The position numbers and the translations under genes are program-made. From a virus, in the IMG/VR virus record IMGVR_UViG_3300026097_000011, positions 1 to 64,000 of that record: a stretch of DNA of 64,000 nt. One strand, 5' to 3'. Shown here piece after piece: positions 9,038-18,864 of the stretch (positions are counted from its first letter, which is position 1; each line of letters starts with the position of its first letter). A model generated the notes under the pieces. It searched no databases. It saw nothing but the letters and a program-made list of their open reading frames with translations, and was not told the DNA's origin.

Positions 9038-9555
9038 AAAACAAACCTGTAGTAATAACGATCATTATAGTATTTTTAGGAATAATCGCATTAGATCAAT
9101 TTGGAAAATATTTACTTAATGAGGATATTAAAGAAAAGGATAAGAAGTATGAAGAGACTTTAAACCATGTTGATAGTACGATACATATAGTTGATAAGCA
9201 AATAAATAAACGCAAAATATTAGAAATTGAGCAAAAGAATTCTATTAAAAAAATTGATTCTCTAACAGACAAGCTTAATAATCAAACTCCAGAAGTTCAA
9301 TACATAACTGATGTTCAATACGTAACTGAAACTTTAGAAATTGCTCCTAAGTTAGAAAAACTAGAAATGGTGGAAATGTCTGAATTCAAAATGATAAAGC
9401 CTATTGCTAAACTAAAAGACTCAGTTATTTATAATTATATCGAAATAGATTCGATCACTTATATATATGATACGATTAACATGATATATGTTGACACTAT
9501 TCTAATAACTGATCCTAGGATAATAAAGAAAATTAAAAGAAAGTATTTAGATTAA
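9034..9555 (+). CDS. Membrane-anchored coiled-coil protein
   Basis: N-terminal TM helix, ATGA overlap. Confidence 0.7.
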   Translation: MKNKPVVITIIIVFLGIIALDQFGKYLLNEDIKEKDKKYEETLNHVDSTIHIVDKQINKRKILEIEQKNSIKKIDSLTDKLNNQTPEVQYITDVQYVTETLEIAPKLEKLEMVEMSEFKMIKPIAKLKDSVIYNYIEIDSITYIYDTINMIYVDTILITDPRIIKKIKRKYLD

Positions 9556-10011
9556 TTCAGATCTAATTTCCATCCATATTTTACCTAGAATATTTTCACC
9601 TTCCCATGTATCATCATCTAATTTCTTAGCTCCCCAGAATAAACCAGATCCCCTTGGGCGTGATGTTACGTCTTCGTATATTGGTAAACCGTCCGTCTTT
9701 ACTAGTTGACTTACGAGTCCCCGATGTTGCTCACATTTCAACCTAACACACATTCGCATGTTTTCTATATCCAGGCGTCCCATTGGAGTGATATCCATTA
9801 ATGATTTGTATTTTTTAGCCTTCATCTTAGCACCCATTGGACTCTTTTCAGCCCTAATTGCTTCTTGGATTTCTTCATCTTTGAATCTAAGTGCTTGAAA
9901 TAAAGCTTCTGATGTTCTCCAAGTCTTTCCATTATATTCAATTGGATAAGGAGACATATTCCCTAACCAACCAAACGGTAATGCTACTTTTGTAAATGAT
10001 ATACTTTCCAT
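9547..10011 (-). CDS. NADAR (YbiA-like) family protein
   Basis: LGNMSPYPI, TSEALFQA, FWG, GENILGKIWMEIR. Confidence 0.9.
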   Translation of the reverse strand: MESISFTKVALPFGWLGNMSPYPIEYNGKTWRTSEALFQALRFKDEEIQEAIRAEKSPMGAKMKAKKYKSLMDITPMGRLDIENMRMCVRLKCEQHRGLVSQLVKTDGLPIYEDVTSRPRGSGLFWGAKKLDDDTWEGENILGKIWMEIRSELI

Positions 10012-10057
10012 AATTTAATAATACTCAAATTGAATAAATAATAAAAACGCTATATTG

Positions 10058-11188
10058 ATGAGAGCACTTAGCTTTAAAGATTTTTGTATCAATGAGGGAG
10101 CATCGGTAAACAAACGAAACGGTATGGTTACTTTAAACTGGAGTGATGATAGAAACGATGAATATGAATTTCTTAAGACTAATAATACAATGGAGGTCGC
10201 TAATATTAGAAAAACCGGAATAGGAAATTTTCCAATTTACTTTGGACTATCGGTAGACCAAGATAGATTATCGGAATTACAAAATAAAGCAGATGTTAAA
10301 ATGACATTAGACTGGTTAAAACAGTCTAAGATAGAAGGAGGATTAAAATCTATAGTTCAATTTGCTCAGCCTACTATTAGCTATATTAAAAAACAACATT
10401 CAATCGATTACGTGATCCCCATGGGATCCACAAAGGGATTATCTAAAGACCTAAGTGATGCAATTTCTGAATTAATCGGAAACGCAAATGTTGTTCCATT
10501 GGATAAGTATGAATTTGATAATATATCTCAGGCCATAGATTGGGAATATGTAGAATCATATGAAGATAATCCTAAAACTAAGTCAATATTGCCTCAATTA
10601 ATTGCGATAATCAGAGAAGAAATAGATACAACATCACCTGAGGTTCTAAATAGATTAAGAAAAGTAACAGATTGGCAAGAGCTTAAGGGACTACTACTAA
10701 GAAGTAATCCAAATAATAGATATTTTGATAAAGAAAATGAGATTGTTTGGAAAAATGATTCATTTAAAATACGAAGTAGTGGAGAATTATGGGCAGGATT
10801 AAGACAAGCTTTTAAAACTAAGTATCAAACTCCTAAGAGAAGTGGAGAATTTGGAAGTCCTGAATTTATGGATGCATTTAGAAAATGTGTTTTAAATAGT
10901 AAAACAATGCTACTTGTTGATGATAACACAAGATCTAAGAAAGATATATCAAATATAATAGATACATTATTAGAAGTAGGAAATAATATTTTAGCCGATA
11001 TACCAAATAGACCCACACTAGATCAATCAACATGGACAAAGAGAATAATATCATATGTACTTATTTTCGTACCAGACCACAAAGCAAAAATATCAAATAA
11101 GGTTAATTTATCTAAGGATGATGAAGTTAAATCAATTGAACCTTTTTACAATATTAATCAAGAAATAGAAGATTTCGAAGATAAATAA
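10058..11188 (+). CDS. Putative phosphoribosyltransferase-fold protein
   Basis: IDYVIPMGST and MLLVDDNTRS resemble type I PRTase motifs; SFKDFCINE N-terminus. Confidence 0.5.
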   Translation: MRALSFKDFCINEGASVNKRNGMVTLNWSDDRNDEYEFLKTNNTMEVANIRKTGIGNFPIYFGLSVDQDRLSELQNKADVKMTLDWLKQSKIEGGLKSIVQFAQPTISYIKKQHSIDYVIPMGSTKGLSKDLSDAISELIGNANVVPLDKYEFDNISQAIDWEYVESYEDNPKTKSILPQLIAIIREEIDTTSPEVLNRLRKVTDWQELKGLLLRSNPNNRYFDKENEIVWKNDSFKIRSSGELWAGLRQAFKTKYQTPKRSGEFGSPEFMDAFRKCVLNSKTMLLVDDNTRSKKDISNIIDTLLEVGNNILADIPNRPTLDQSTWTKRIISYVLIFVPDHKAKISNKVNLSKDDEVKSIEPFYNINQEIEDFEDK

Positions 11189-11207
11189 TTAAAATAATTT
11201 ATATACA

Positions 11208-11945
11208 ATGGCAGAAAATAACAGAGTTTTAAACCATTCAGAATTCGCGGCTAAGTATAACCAACAATCTGAACAAGACATCGCTGCTAGCTACTCAGAA
11301 ATGGAATCAGCATCAGATAACTTTCAAGAAGGATTTGATGAAACATCATACGAAGACGGGCAAACTGGTCCAAAAAGACCTATAGCTCAAGGAAATCAGG
11401 AAACGCCCGACTCACCTGATTCAATGCCAACTCAACCTACTGAAGGAATGGCTGCACCTACTGAAGAAGAAGATCACATTACTCCAGAAGAAATAGAAAA
11501 TGATTTTGAATCAGAAGAAGATGAAGAAGATGATTTTGAAGATGATGGATCAGGAGATCCAGAATCTGGAAATCCAGAAGAAGGATCTGAAGACGAAGAG
11601 GATGACGAAGAAGACGAAGAGGATGACGAAGAAGAAACTAACGAGTCCGTAAAAGTTATTAAAAATCGTATAATTTTAGAATCATTTGATGATTTCGAAG
11701 CAAGAGGTCCTATTTCTATTCCTTCTAATGCACGTGAAGATATATACCAAGATGAACTTGAAGCAATTGAACTTGATTTCGAAGGAGATGAAGAAGACGA
11801 AGAATGTTTTGTAACATGTAAATCATGTGGATCTAAAAAAGAAATAGAAAGAGGATCATATCCAATGGGAGTTGCGAATCAAGAGGATCCAAACTCATGG
11901 TGGCAAGGAGCTAAAATGGGAATGATGTGTGAAAGCTGTAAATAA
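11208..11945 (+). CDS. Highly acidic protein with C-terminal CxxC..CxxC
   Basis: Poly-D/E tract; CKSC and CESC. Confidence 0.75.
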   Translation: MAENNRVLNHSEFAAKYNQQSEQDIAASYSEMESASDNFQEGFDETSYEDGQTGPKRPIAQGNQETPDSPDSMPTQPTEGMAAPTEEEDHITPEEIENDFESEEDEEDDFEDDGSGDPESGNPEEGSEDEEDDEEDEEDDEEETNESVKVIKNRIILESFDDFEARGPISIPSNAREDIYQDELEAIELDFEGDEEDEECFVTCKSCGSKKEIERGSYPMGVANQEDPNSWWQGAKMGMMCESCK

Positions 11946-11946
11946 T

Positions 11947-12306
11947 ATGAAAAATTATAAAAAACATAGGGTTATAGAATCATTTGGTGATTTCATGGGA
12001 GCAACTAAGGCTATACAAAAGGGAAACTCATCTCAACCTGCTCAGTTTGGAGCAAATCCAGACGTTGATGAAAATCAAGGTAAATTACCATTTGAATTTG
12101 AAAGACGTCCAGAAATAGGAGAAGAAGCCATTTTAAGTAAACTTACTTTAATGCTTGAGAAAATACAAGCAATTGCAGAAGCTGGATATAATAAATCAAG
12201 GAATGTAAATGGAGAAGTTAGTCCATACATTGAACGTGAAATTGAATTAGCATATAAGCATTTAAGAGAAGGTTATTTAAGATTAATGGACATGAAATCA
12301 CATTAA
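11947..12306 (+). CDS. Hypothetical late protein
   Basis: RVIESFGDFM motif. Confidence 0.7.
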   Translation: MKNYKKHRVIESFGDFMGATKAIQKGNSSQPAQFGANPDVDENQGKLPFEFERRPEIGEEAILSKLTLMLEKIQAIAEAGYNKSRNVNGEVSPYIEREIELAYKHLREGYLRLMDMKSH

Positions 12307-12510
12307 TTCATCACCTAGATTACTATCAAATAATCTATCATCCCAATTTAATAATACATCAGATAGCTCGTCATTAATCATGGCGAGCATTTCTATTTTA
12401 GAATAACCATTTGGTCCTTTTCCAGTTAAAATATTAGTTTCAATATTCCTTATCTTCTTTAGAATATCAGTCTCTAATCCTTTTTTAACTATTTCTAATT
12501 CTTTGTCCAT
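12298..12510 (-). CDS. Hypothetical protein
   Basis: 70-aa ORF in minus-strand run. Confidence 0.6.
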   Translation of the reverse strand: MDKELEIVKKGLETDILKKIRNIETNILTGKGPNGYSKIEMLAMINDELSDVLLNWDDRLFDSNLGDELM

Positions 12511-12516
12511 AGTATT

Positions 12517-12768
12517 TTATACTTGATTTATCAATTCAGTTTTCTTTTTTCTACTCAATTGTTTTATGGCATATTCGCGTTTAAGTGCTTCTGATTTATT
12601 TGAAAGCTCTTCTATATAAAGTAAAGTGAGTGGACCTCGTCCCCTTGTATACTTAGCACCTTTACCACTTATATGAGTTTCTAATCTTTTTTGAATATCA
12701 GTTGTTATTCCTGTGTAATAGCTTTTGTCTCCGCACTCAAGGATGTAGACGTACCAGTTTTTTGACAT
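12517..12768 (-). CDS. GIY-YIG nuclease (UPF0213/YhbQ-like)
   Basis: WYVYILEC..YYTGITTD..RL..H..GKGAKYTRGRGP..ALKREYAIK. Confidence 0.92.
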   Translation of the reverse strand: MSKNWYVYILECGDKSYYTGITTDIQKRLETHISGKGAKYTRGRGPLTLLYIEELSNKSEALKREYAIKQLSRKKKTELINQV

Positions 12769-12779
12769 ATTTCTATTTC

Positions 12780-13070
12780 TCAAGTTGGGTCATATGAATG
12801 ACTTGTTATTCCCTCAATTACAGGAACCCATACCTTTCTAGTATATGGAGTAGTTTCATCTATGATTTGACTAGTATATTTTGAGTTGTGTTTCTCTAAA
12901 TATTCCTTTCTATTATTAATCATACATGGAACATATATTTCCTTATATAGAGTCGCATATTTATTAGGAAGCATAATTCTCATTGTCTCCCATACATCAG
13001 CATCTGATTCAAATTCAGGTTTATCATTAACTTCTCATAGACCAGTTGATAATTTATACTTATGCAACAT
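12780..13070 (-). pseudogene. ORF interrupted by in-frame TGA at codon 12
   Basis: MLHKYKLSTGL*EVNDKPEFESDADVWETMRIML... is in frame with track ORF 12780-12983. Confidence 0.5.
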
Positions 13071-13359
13071 ATTCTAAATTATATTTAAGAGTAACATAAA
13101 ATGGAAGCAATTGTCTATTGACATCATCTGCTTTACCAACTGCTGCCTCTAAGTTATTATCTAAAACCGCTTTAACAAAACCACCAGGTTGAGTATTGAT
13201 TCCCCAGTTATTCATTACAATACTAGTACCTATATTAGTAATATGTTGTAATGCTTCAGGATCCGCCATTAATTGAATAGGAATGAGGTGATTATTTCTA
13301 ACCATATACTCACTAACTGCAATTTTAATTCTGCTTTCTTGTTGTTTATTGTATTCCAT
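13060..13359 (-). CDS. Hypothetical phage protein
   Basis: PGGFVKAVLDNNLEAAVGKAD conserved-looking motif. Confidence 0.75.
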   Translation of the reverse strand: MEYNKQQESRIKIAVSEYMVRNNHLIPIQLMADPEALQHITNIGTSIVMNNWGINTQPGGFVKAVLDNNLEAAVGKADDVNRQLLPFYVTLKYNLEYVA

Positions 13360-13410
13360 ATTTATATAATACTAAATATTTCAAATAAATAAAATAAAAG
13401 ATATATTAAG

Positions 13411-13779
13411 ATGGGTTACATTAGATTAAAAAGATTAAATGAACATCATGATGATGATATGCCAGCTGAATTATTAAATATGACAATTGGTGAGATGTTA
13501 GACAAAGCTGAAGAGTTAGACACAAAGGGAGACGCAGAGTATGAGGTTATAGAGGATGCACTAAGAGCAATTGGGGATAAGATATTAGGAACCGGATACG
13601 AAACAGAAGTAGATTTTACTCCAGATGGAGTTGAGAATGCAGGAGATAACGAGGATGAAGATCATGATCCACTATCTCATCAAATAGAAACATATGATGA
13701 AATAGCTGGACAGCAAGACATGGGACAAGGCCAAGGTGCTCCAGATAATGGTATGAATATGGATAACTTCACATTTTAA
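13411..13779 (+). CDS. Acidic late protein
   Basis: ATAAATA upstream; YIRLKRLNE. Confidence 0.7.
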   Translation: MGYIRLKRLNEHHDDDMPAELLNMTIGEMLDKAEELDTKGDAEYEVIEDALRAIGDKILGTGYETEVDFTPDGVENAGDNEDEDHDPLSHQIETYDEIAGQQDMGQGQGAPDNGMNMDNFTF

Positions 13780-14066
13780 TGAGTGTTAAATCGTACATAT
13801 CGTTTTTAAAGGAAGATATAGGTGGTGCTATTACAATGAACAGAACACCCCCTAGTAAATTAAATGATCCTAAGCTTAATGTTCAACAACCTAGAACAAT
13901 TGACACAGGTAGAGGTGGATCAATTCCATTTCACTGGAATAATTCCCCAGGTACACAAGCAGGAGCTAGATATGGAGCAAATCCACGTGAAAAAAATCGT
14001 GTTATGACATATGAAGAATTCATGGAAGCTCAAAAAAAGAATTCACAGAAAGAAAATAACGAATAA
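13779..14066 (+). CDS. Putative head internal protein
   Basis: VKSYISFLKE and VMTYEEFME motifs. Confidence 0.65.
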   Translation: MSVKSYISFLKEDIGGAITMNRTPPSKLNDPKLNVQQPRTIDTGRGGSIPFHWNNSPGTQAGARYGANPREKNRVMTYEEFMEAQKKNSQKENNE

Positions 14067-14067
14067 T

Positions 14068-14361
14068 ATGGGACATATTGATAATTTTAAAAAATTTAGA
14101 AACAGGGAAGAGAAAGCTTTAACTGAACAGGGAGACTCTACTACTGTAATGAGCGTACCTGAAAAGTTTAAAGCAGATCAAGAAGCAATTAATCAAAAGA
14201 GAAATAACATTGCACAAAGAGAACAGGCAATTGCTAATGAAAAAGTTCAACTCAATAAGATGGTTAGCGAATTACAGGATAAAATATCGGCGGAAAATGC
14301 TGCTATTGCAAATGCGGCTAAAGCAACTGCACAGGCTCAGCCAACTCCACCAACAGTATAA
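14068..14361 (+). CDS. Coiled-coil late protein
   Basis: MGHIDNFKKF start; coiled coil. Confidence 0.65.
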   Translation: MGHIDNFKKFRNREEKALTEQGDSTTVMSVPEKFKADQEAINQKRNNIAQREQAIANEKVQLNKMVSELQDKISAENAAIANAAKATAQAQPTPPTV

Positions 14362-14813
14362 TGAGTAAAGATAAAAATGTAAAGTCATATAGCGATTTCA
14401 TTAATGAGACTGAACAAAAAGTAGTACATAATACTAATTTTACAGGAATGGTTCAAGGTGCAGTATCAAGCATTCACAGTCAAGTATTAGCCATTGCTAA
14501 AGCAATGGCGGATGAAAAAGAAGCTAGAAACCCTTATCGATATCAAGATGCTGATAAAACTGGAGGAGTTGAAGAAGTAGACATTACACGAGCTCTTAAT
14601 CTTATATTTCATAGTGATTGGAAAAAGCATTTAAAGGCTCATAATATCCAAGAATGGGCTAGATCTTGTATCGAAAGAGCAGGAAAACATGATGAGCGAG
14701 CAGATAAGAAGAATCAAAGAGCTCTTCGTACAAATGGAGGAGAACAGATTGACAACTATAAAGTTGACTTAGGGTCTCAAGGATTTAGTAGAGATCTTGG
14801 AGAAAATAAATAA
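14361..14813 (+). CDS. Putative head internal protein
   Basis: VKSYSDFINE motif. Confidence 0.7.
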   Translation: MSKDKNVKSYSDFINETEQKVVHNTNFTGMVQGAVSSIHSQVLAIAKAMADEKEARNPYRYQDADKTGGVEEVDITRALNLIFHSDWKKHLKAHNIQEWARSCIERAGKHDERADKKNQRALRTNGGEQIDNYKVDLGSQGFSRDLGENK

Positions 14814-14819
14814 TTTAAC

Positions 14820-15554
14820 ATGACAGAAGCGGCATTAATAGCAGACATACAAGCGGAAATAACATTCTCAGGAATGCTTCCTTATTCGTTACCTGAAAAA
14901 GAATTAAAACGTATATTAGACATCGACGCAGCTTATTTCTATGATAATTGGAGACATGCTATAGAATCTAAATACTTATTACTTCCTAAGGAATTATTTA
15001 AAACAGATGAGTTTAAGAACGGTAGACAAATTCTTATGCCAGAATGTGTTCAATTTATGGTTGAATTAAAGGAGGCAAAGGGTGGATCTATATTTGCATC
15101 AATTGATAGGGATTTCTCAGAAGGTAAATTCATGGGATCAGAGATATTCCTTACTCCATTCATGGGAGAATCAATAATGTATAGAACAATCATGTTTTCA
15201 TTTCTAGACTTAACTAAGGGTATGATATTAGATACTATTGCATATGATTACAATAAGAATACTAAGCTGCTAGGAGTTGTCGGAAGGACCCCTAAAGTAG
15301 ATGCAGTTGCTAAGGTATTTAAGAAAATAGAAATAGATAAACTATATGATGATGAACTTTATCAAAGACATGTTCGTGCTCATGCTAAAGTTAGATTAGC
15401 TCATATGTTACAAACATTTAATTATCAGCTTCCAGGAGATATTACTATTAATTATCAAAATATGGTAACAACTGCCGAAAAAGAAATGGAAGAAGTTAAG
15501 GAAATGATAAAAGGAGAAAATACGACGGACTGGATGTTCCTAGTTCATCAATAA
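14820..15554 (+). CDS. Neck/head completion protein (T4 gp13-like)
   Basis: C-terminal FNYQLPGDITINY..AEKEMEE resembles gp13 QLPGGVT motif; near portal. Confidence 0.65.
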   Translation: MTEAALIADIQAEITFSGMLPYSLPEKELKRILDIDAAYFYDNWRHAIESKYLLLPKELFKTDEFKNGRQILMPECVQFMVELKEAKGGSIFASIDRDFSEGKFMGSEIFLTPFMGESIMYRTIMFSFLDLTKGMILDTIAYDYNKNTKLLGVVGRTPKVDAVAKVFKKIEIDKLYDDELYQRHVRAHAKVRLAHMLQTFNYQLPGDITINYQNMVTTAEKEMEEVKEMIKGENTTDWMFLVHQ

Positions 15555-15573
15555 ATAAATAAATAAATATAAA

Positions 15574-16026
15574 ATGAAAAAGTATATACGAACATATTCA
15601 TCCTTTATAAATGAGGCTCGTACTAAGCAATGGCTAGATGACGTGACAGATAAGAAAGGTAACATAAGAAAGGTTAGAATAGATGATACTATTAAAATTA
15701 GAGTCCTTGAGTTTATATATGAAGCAGGAAAAGAAGGAAGACGATACACTGAAATCGTTAAATTTATAGTTGAAAACATAAAGGGAATGGTATATGATTG
15801 GAGAATTCACAGGGGATATTGGGCAACTAACTTAACTGGTGCAATTGGATTTTGGGGAGGATCCGATACTGGACTACTCACTCAATATTGTGAAAAAAAT
15901 GAAAATGGAAAGTGGGTATTAGCAAATGATAAGCTAATAAACTACTTTATGAAAGTTGACTTTAGAGGAGTATTAGATGATGCAGAAAGAGATGCACTCG
16001 AAGAATTACTTTCAATTGATAAATAA
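15574..16026 (+). CDS. Putative head internal protein
   Basis: YIRTYSSFINE; tandem ATAA repeats upstream. Confidence 0.7.
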   Translation: MKKYIRTYSSFINEARTKQWLDDVTDKKGNIRKVRIDDTIKIRVLEFIYEAGKEGRRYTEIVKFIVENIKGMVYDWRIHRGYWATNLTGAIGFWGGSDTGLLTQYCEKNENGKWVLANDKLINYFMKVDFRGVLDDAERDALEELLSIDK

Positions 16027-16032
16027 TATTAT

Positions 16033-16410
16033 ATGGCTAACATTAGAGATTTTTATATGAGAACACCTAGTGATCCTAAATACAGACCGGATCAAATAGA
16101 GGTGTATGATGAAATAGAAGCAAGTATAAATCAGGTTAAAATGACTCTTCTTACTAATAGAGGAGAAGTATTAGGAGAACCTAACTTTGGAATTGAATCT
16201 GAAAAATATTTATTTGAATTCGAGTTAGATCCGTTTCAATTAGCAGATGATGCTAATAATCAAATTTCAAAATATGTTGGTGAGTCTAGAAAAAGAAAAA
16301 TATCAGCAAAACCACAATACATAACAGACGAAAAAGACAGAAAGATTTATGTATTGTCCGTTAGTATTGATGGAAGAAGATCTCCATTTGCAGTATTATA
16401 TGATAGATAA
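16033..16410 (+). CDS. Baseplate wedge protein (gp25-like)
   Basis: LLTNRGEVLGEPNFG..YLFE motif. Confidence 0.85.
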   Translation: MANIRDFYMRTPSDPKYRPDQIEVYDEIEASINQVKMTLLTNRGEVLGEPNFGIESEKYLFEFELDPFQLADDANNQISKYVGESRKRKISAKPQYITDEKDRKIYVLSVSIDGRRSPFAVLYDR

Positions 16411-16424
16411 AATCTATATAAAAG

Positions 16425-16453
16425 AAAAGCCAATCAATTACGATTGGCTTTTT
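16425..16453. terminator. Bidirectional intrinsic terminator
   Basis: AAAAGCCAATC-aattac-GATTGGCTTTTT between convergent genes. Confidence 0.85.
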
Positions 16454-16469
16454 AGTTTATGTGAATTTA

Positions 16470-18191
16470 TTATAAGCTACCATCGGCTCCAGTCTCTCCA
16501 CCTTCTATAGTTTCTTGACCTCCGCCTTCTTCTTCTCCTTCAGTAGGCGGAGGAGCAGCTCCACCGCCTGCATCTATTGGAGCTGCTCCTTCTCCTCCAG
16601 GCATTTCAGTATTTGCTTCTCCTTCTGCTCTTTCGTCTTCTTCCATATCGAACCATTTCTTATTAGCTTCGATTTCGTCTTCTGACATTTTTAATTCTTT
16701 TCTAATTAAGTATTCAGTAGAGAAGTATGGTGTTCCATCATCTTTAAGAACTCCTTTCTTAGCAGTGAATGATGCAATACGTTTAGCTTCCAATTCATTC
16801 TCCTTCATCTCTTCGAATACATTATCGTTATGATAAGTTATTCCAATAGCGTTATTAAATTTGTAATCTTCCTTAAGTTCTGGAAAATCTAAACACATCT
16901 GTAAATACCAAGGTTTTACAATTAACTCAGAGAACGCTGAACGTAATCTTCTAATAAACTTTTGATAGCGAACTTCCTCTCTTGTAATACCTTCAGCATT
17001 CAAAGTAAATGCTCCCATTCCAGATTGACCTTCCCATCTTGAATATGGTATCTTAGAATCCATCTTTAATTTCTTAGTGAAATATCCAAGTAATTCAGAA
17101 TTTGATAAATTAGGTCCAGGAAACTGTAGGGCTTCAATTGAGATCGATTGATTTTGATCATTTACCGGCGTTACATAATTCTTATAAAACATAATATTTG
17201 GTTTACCATCAACTGTTAATTCTCCAGTATCACCATTAAAGAATACGTCCTCTTTTAATAAGTTCATAAATTCTTTAACATCTTCTTGTGCTTTTTGGAA
17301 TGATTTAGATCCAGTTGGAACCTTAGTTTGTAATCTAATTGGAGCATTCATAACGTGCCAAATTACTTTACTATGTTCTAATATTCTAAGCAAGTTAAAT
17401 GATCTTATTAATCTTTCAACGAAACTAATTCTTTTAGTTTTAAAATGATTTGCATATGATATGTAAATAATCTGAGAATCGGATAAAACTCTAGTTGATC
17501 CGTTAGATGGATCATATTGAGTCCACTGTAAATACATTTTACCCTTAGCATCTTTATTAAGCTGTGGCGCAATACTTGCTGGGTCTAATTCTTTAAATCC
17601 TATGATTTTCTTAGGCTTTTCTGGATTATCATAAATAATTTCAAAACTTAAATGTCCCTCAATTAAGAATTGATATGAATATTGCCAAGCTGCAATACCT
17701 TCACCGAATCCCCAGGTATTGTACATCTCTTCGAAGTTAGATTGATATTTTTTAATTATATCATCCTGGTAATTTAGTCTTTCAGTTTTATTAGAACCCT
17801 TAAACATGATTTTACCAGTAAGATCAGTTGCGTGGCAAAATCGATTTTCATCACTATATACAACCATATCATCTGCTATTGTATCAAGTATAAATTCAAT
17901 TTCTCCATTTGATGCAATATCACGTAATCTTTCTCTCTTAACTGTATAGTCTAATTGAAAAAACGCAATTGCTTTCGTTCTTAATTGTGATGTTGTATCT
18001 GCTAATGCCATTGAGAACTTTAAAAGCTCATTGTTTCCATTCGTAGTATCTCTAGAAGCCAATTGACTTTCGATAAATCCTATTGCTTTGGAATTCTTAA
18101 GCAGTAGATCATCAAATCTTGTACCAAACTTACTTAAGCCTGATAGTGCTCCACTTGTTGATCCTGTTCTATTATCCCCAAATCCTGCCAT
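16470..18191 (-). CDS. Portal protein (T4 gp20-like)
   Basis: ELDP, PGPNLS..LGYFTKKL..KIPYSRW, ITREEVRYQKFIRRLRSAFS. Confidence 0.9.
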   Translation of the reverse strand: MAGFGDNRTGSTSGALSGLSKFGTRFDDLLLKNSKAIGFIESQLASRDTTNGNNELLKFSMALADTTSQLRTKAIAFFQLDYTVKRERLRDIASNGEIEFILDTIADDMVVYSDENRFCHATDLTGKIMFKGSNKTERLNYQDDIIKKYQSNFEEMYNTWGFGEGIAAWQYSYQFLIEGHLSFEIIYDNPEKPKKIIGFKELDPASIAPQLNKDAKGKMYLQWTQYDPSNGSTRVLSDSQIIYISYANHFKTKRISFVERLIRSFNLLRILEHSKVIWHVMNAPIRLQTKVPTGSKSFQKAQEDVKEFMNLLKEDVFFNGDTGELTVDGKPNIMFYKNYVTPVNDQNQSISIEALQFPGPNLSNSELLGYFTKKLKMDSKIPYSRWEGQSGMGAFTLNAEGITREEVRYQKFIRRLRSAFSELIVKPWYLQMCLDFPELKEDYKFNNAIGITYHNDNVFEEMKENELEAKRIASFTAKKGVLKDDGTPYFSTEYLIRKELKMSEDEIEANKKWFDMEEDERAEGEANTEMPGGEGAAPIDAGGGAAPPPTEGEEEGGGQETIEGGETGADGSL

Positions 18192-18192
18192 A

Positions 18193-18855
18193 TTAATATT
18201 TGTTTATTTGTTTATTTTCAAAGTGCCTAAATACAGTTGTCATGTCATACGCACCTGGTGCCATTGCTATTCCAGTAGAATCGATGTTTGCTTTAGGAAG
18301 TTCTCCTATTTTGTCCCAATCTAAAAGTTTAGCCGCTGTAATCTTATTTAATTTATATCCGCTTATTGCATATCCCAATTTAAAACCTGTTAGATCTTCT
18401 AACATTTTTGGAGTAATACTAAACATCGGTAAATTCATTGATTTTCTATCCCTAAATGTTGCTAATTCCATATCATCGTCCCATACTCCTAGTCTATCGA
18501 GATTTTGTTCTATTAAGTTAATGTGAGCCATTACAATAGCCGCTCTATAGTTAGGTGGAATAACTTTAAGATTTAAAAGAAGTGCAGTTTCTTTCCACTG
18601 AGGATGTGCAAATAGTAATCCCATTGGATTAATGTCAAAATACTGTCTATTTGTAATAAACGAGGACGGGTCTTCTTTCCATTCTTCTTCTGAATTAGGA
18701 ATCCAACCTCGATTAAAATTAGGAACTGGAATATTAAGCATGTAATAATGACCAGGCATAACATCAGATCTACTTATAGAAATACCATGTAGTGACATTA
18801 ATTGAGAGAAATTCCTTTCTCCATTATTTGTAACTATGTCCTCTAACTTCTTCAT
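18193..18855 (-). CDS. DNA end protector-like protein (T4 gp2-like)
   Basis: PGHYY..YFDINP..LNLKVIPPNYR resembles gp2; adjacent to gp4-like gene. Confidence 0.55.
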   Translation of the reverse strand: MKKLEDIVTNNGERNFSQLMSLHGISISRSDVMPGHYYMLNIPVPNFNRGWIPNSEEEWKEDPSSFITNRQYFDINPMGLLFAHPQWKETALLLNLKVIPPNYRAAIVMAHINLIEQNLDRLGVWDDDMELATFRDRKSMNLPMFSITPKMLEDLTGFKLGYAISGYKLNKITAAKLLDWDKIGELPKANIDSTGIAMAPGAYDMTTVFRHFENKQINKY

Positions 18856-18864
18856 CTATTTCTT

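Noticed and set aside
11500-11640. GAAGAT/GAC tandem repeats
   Set aside because: Simply encode a poly-acidic tract
12780-13070. Genome-wide stop codon reassignment
   Set aside because: TGA and TAG end many genes cleanly (ATGA overlaps) and conserved genes are intact in code 11
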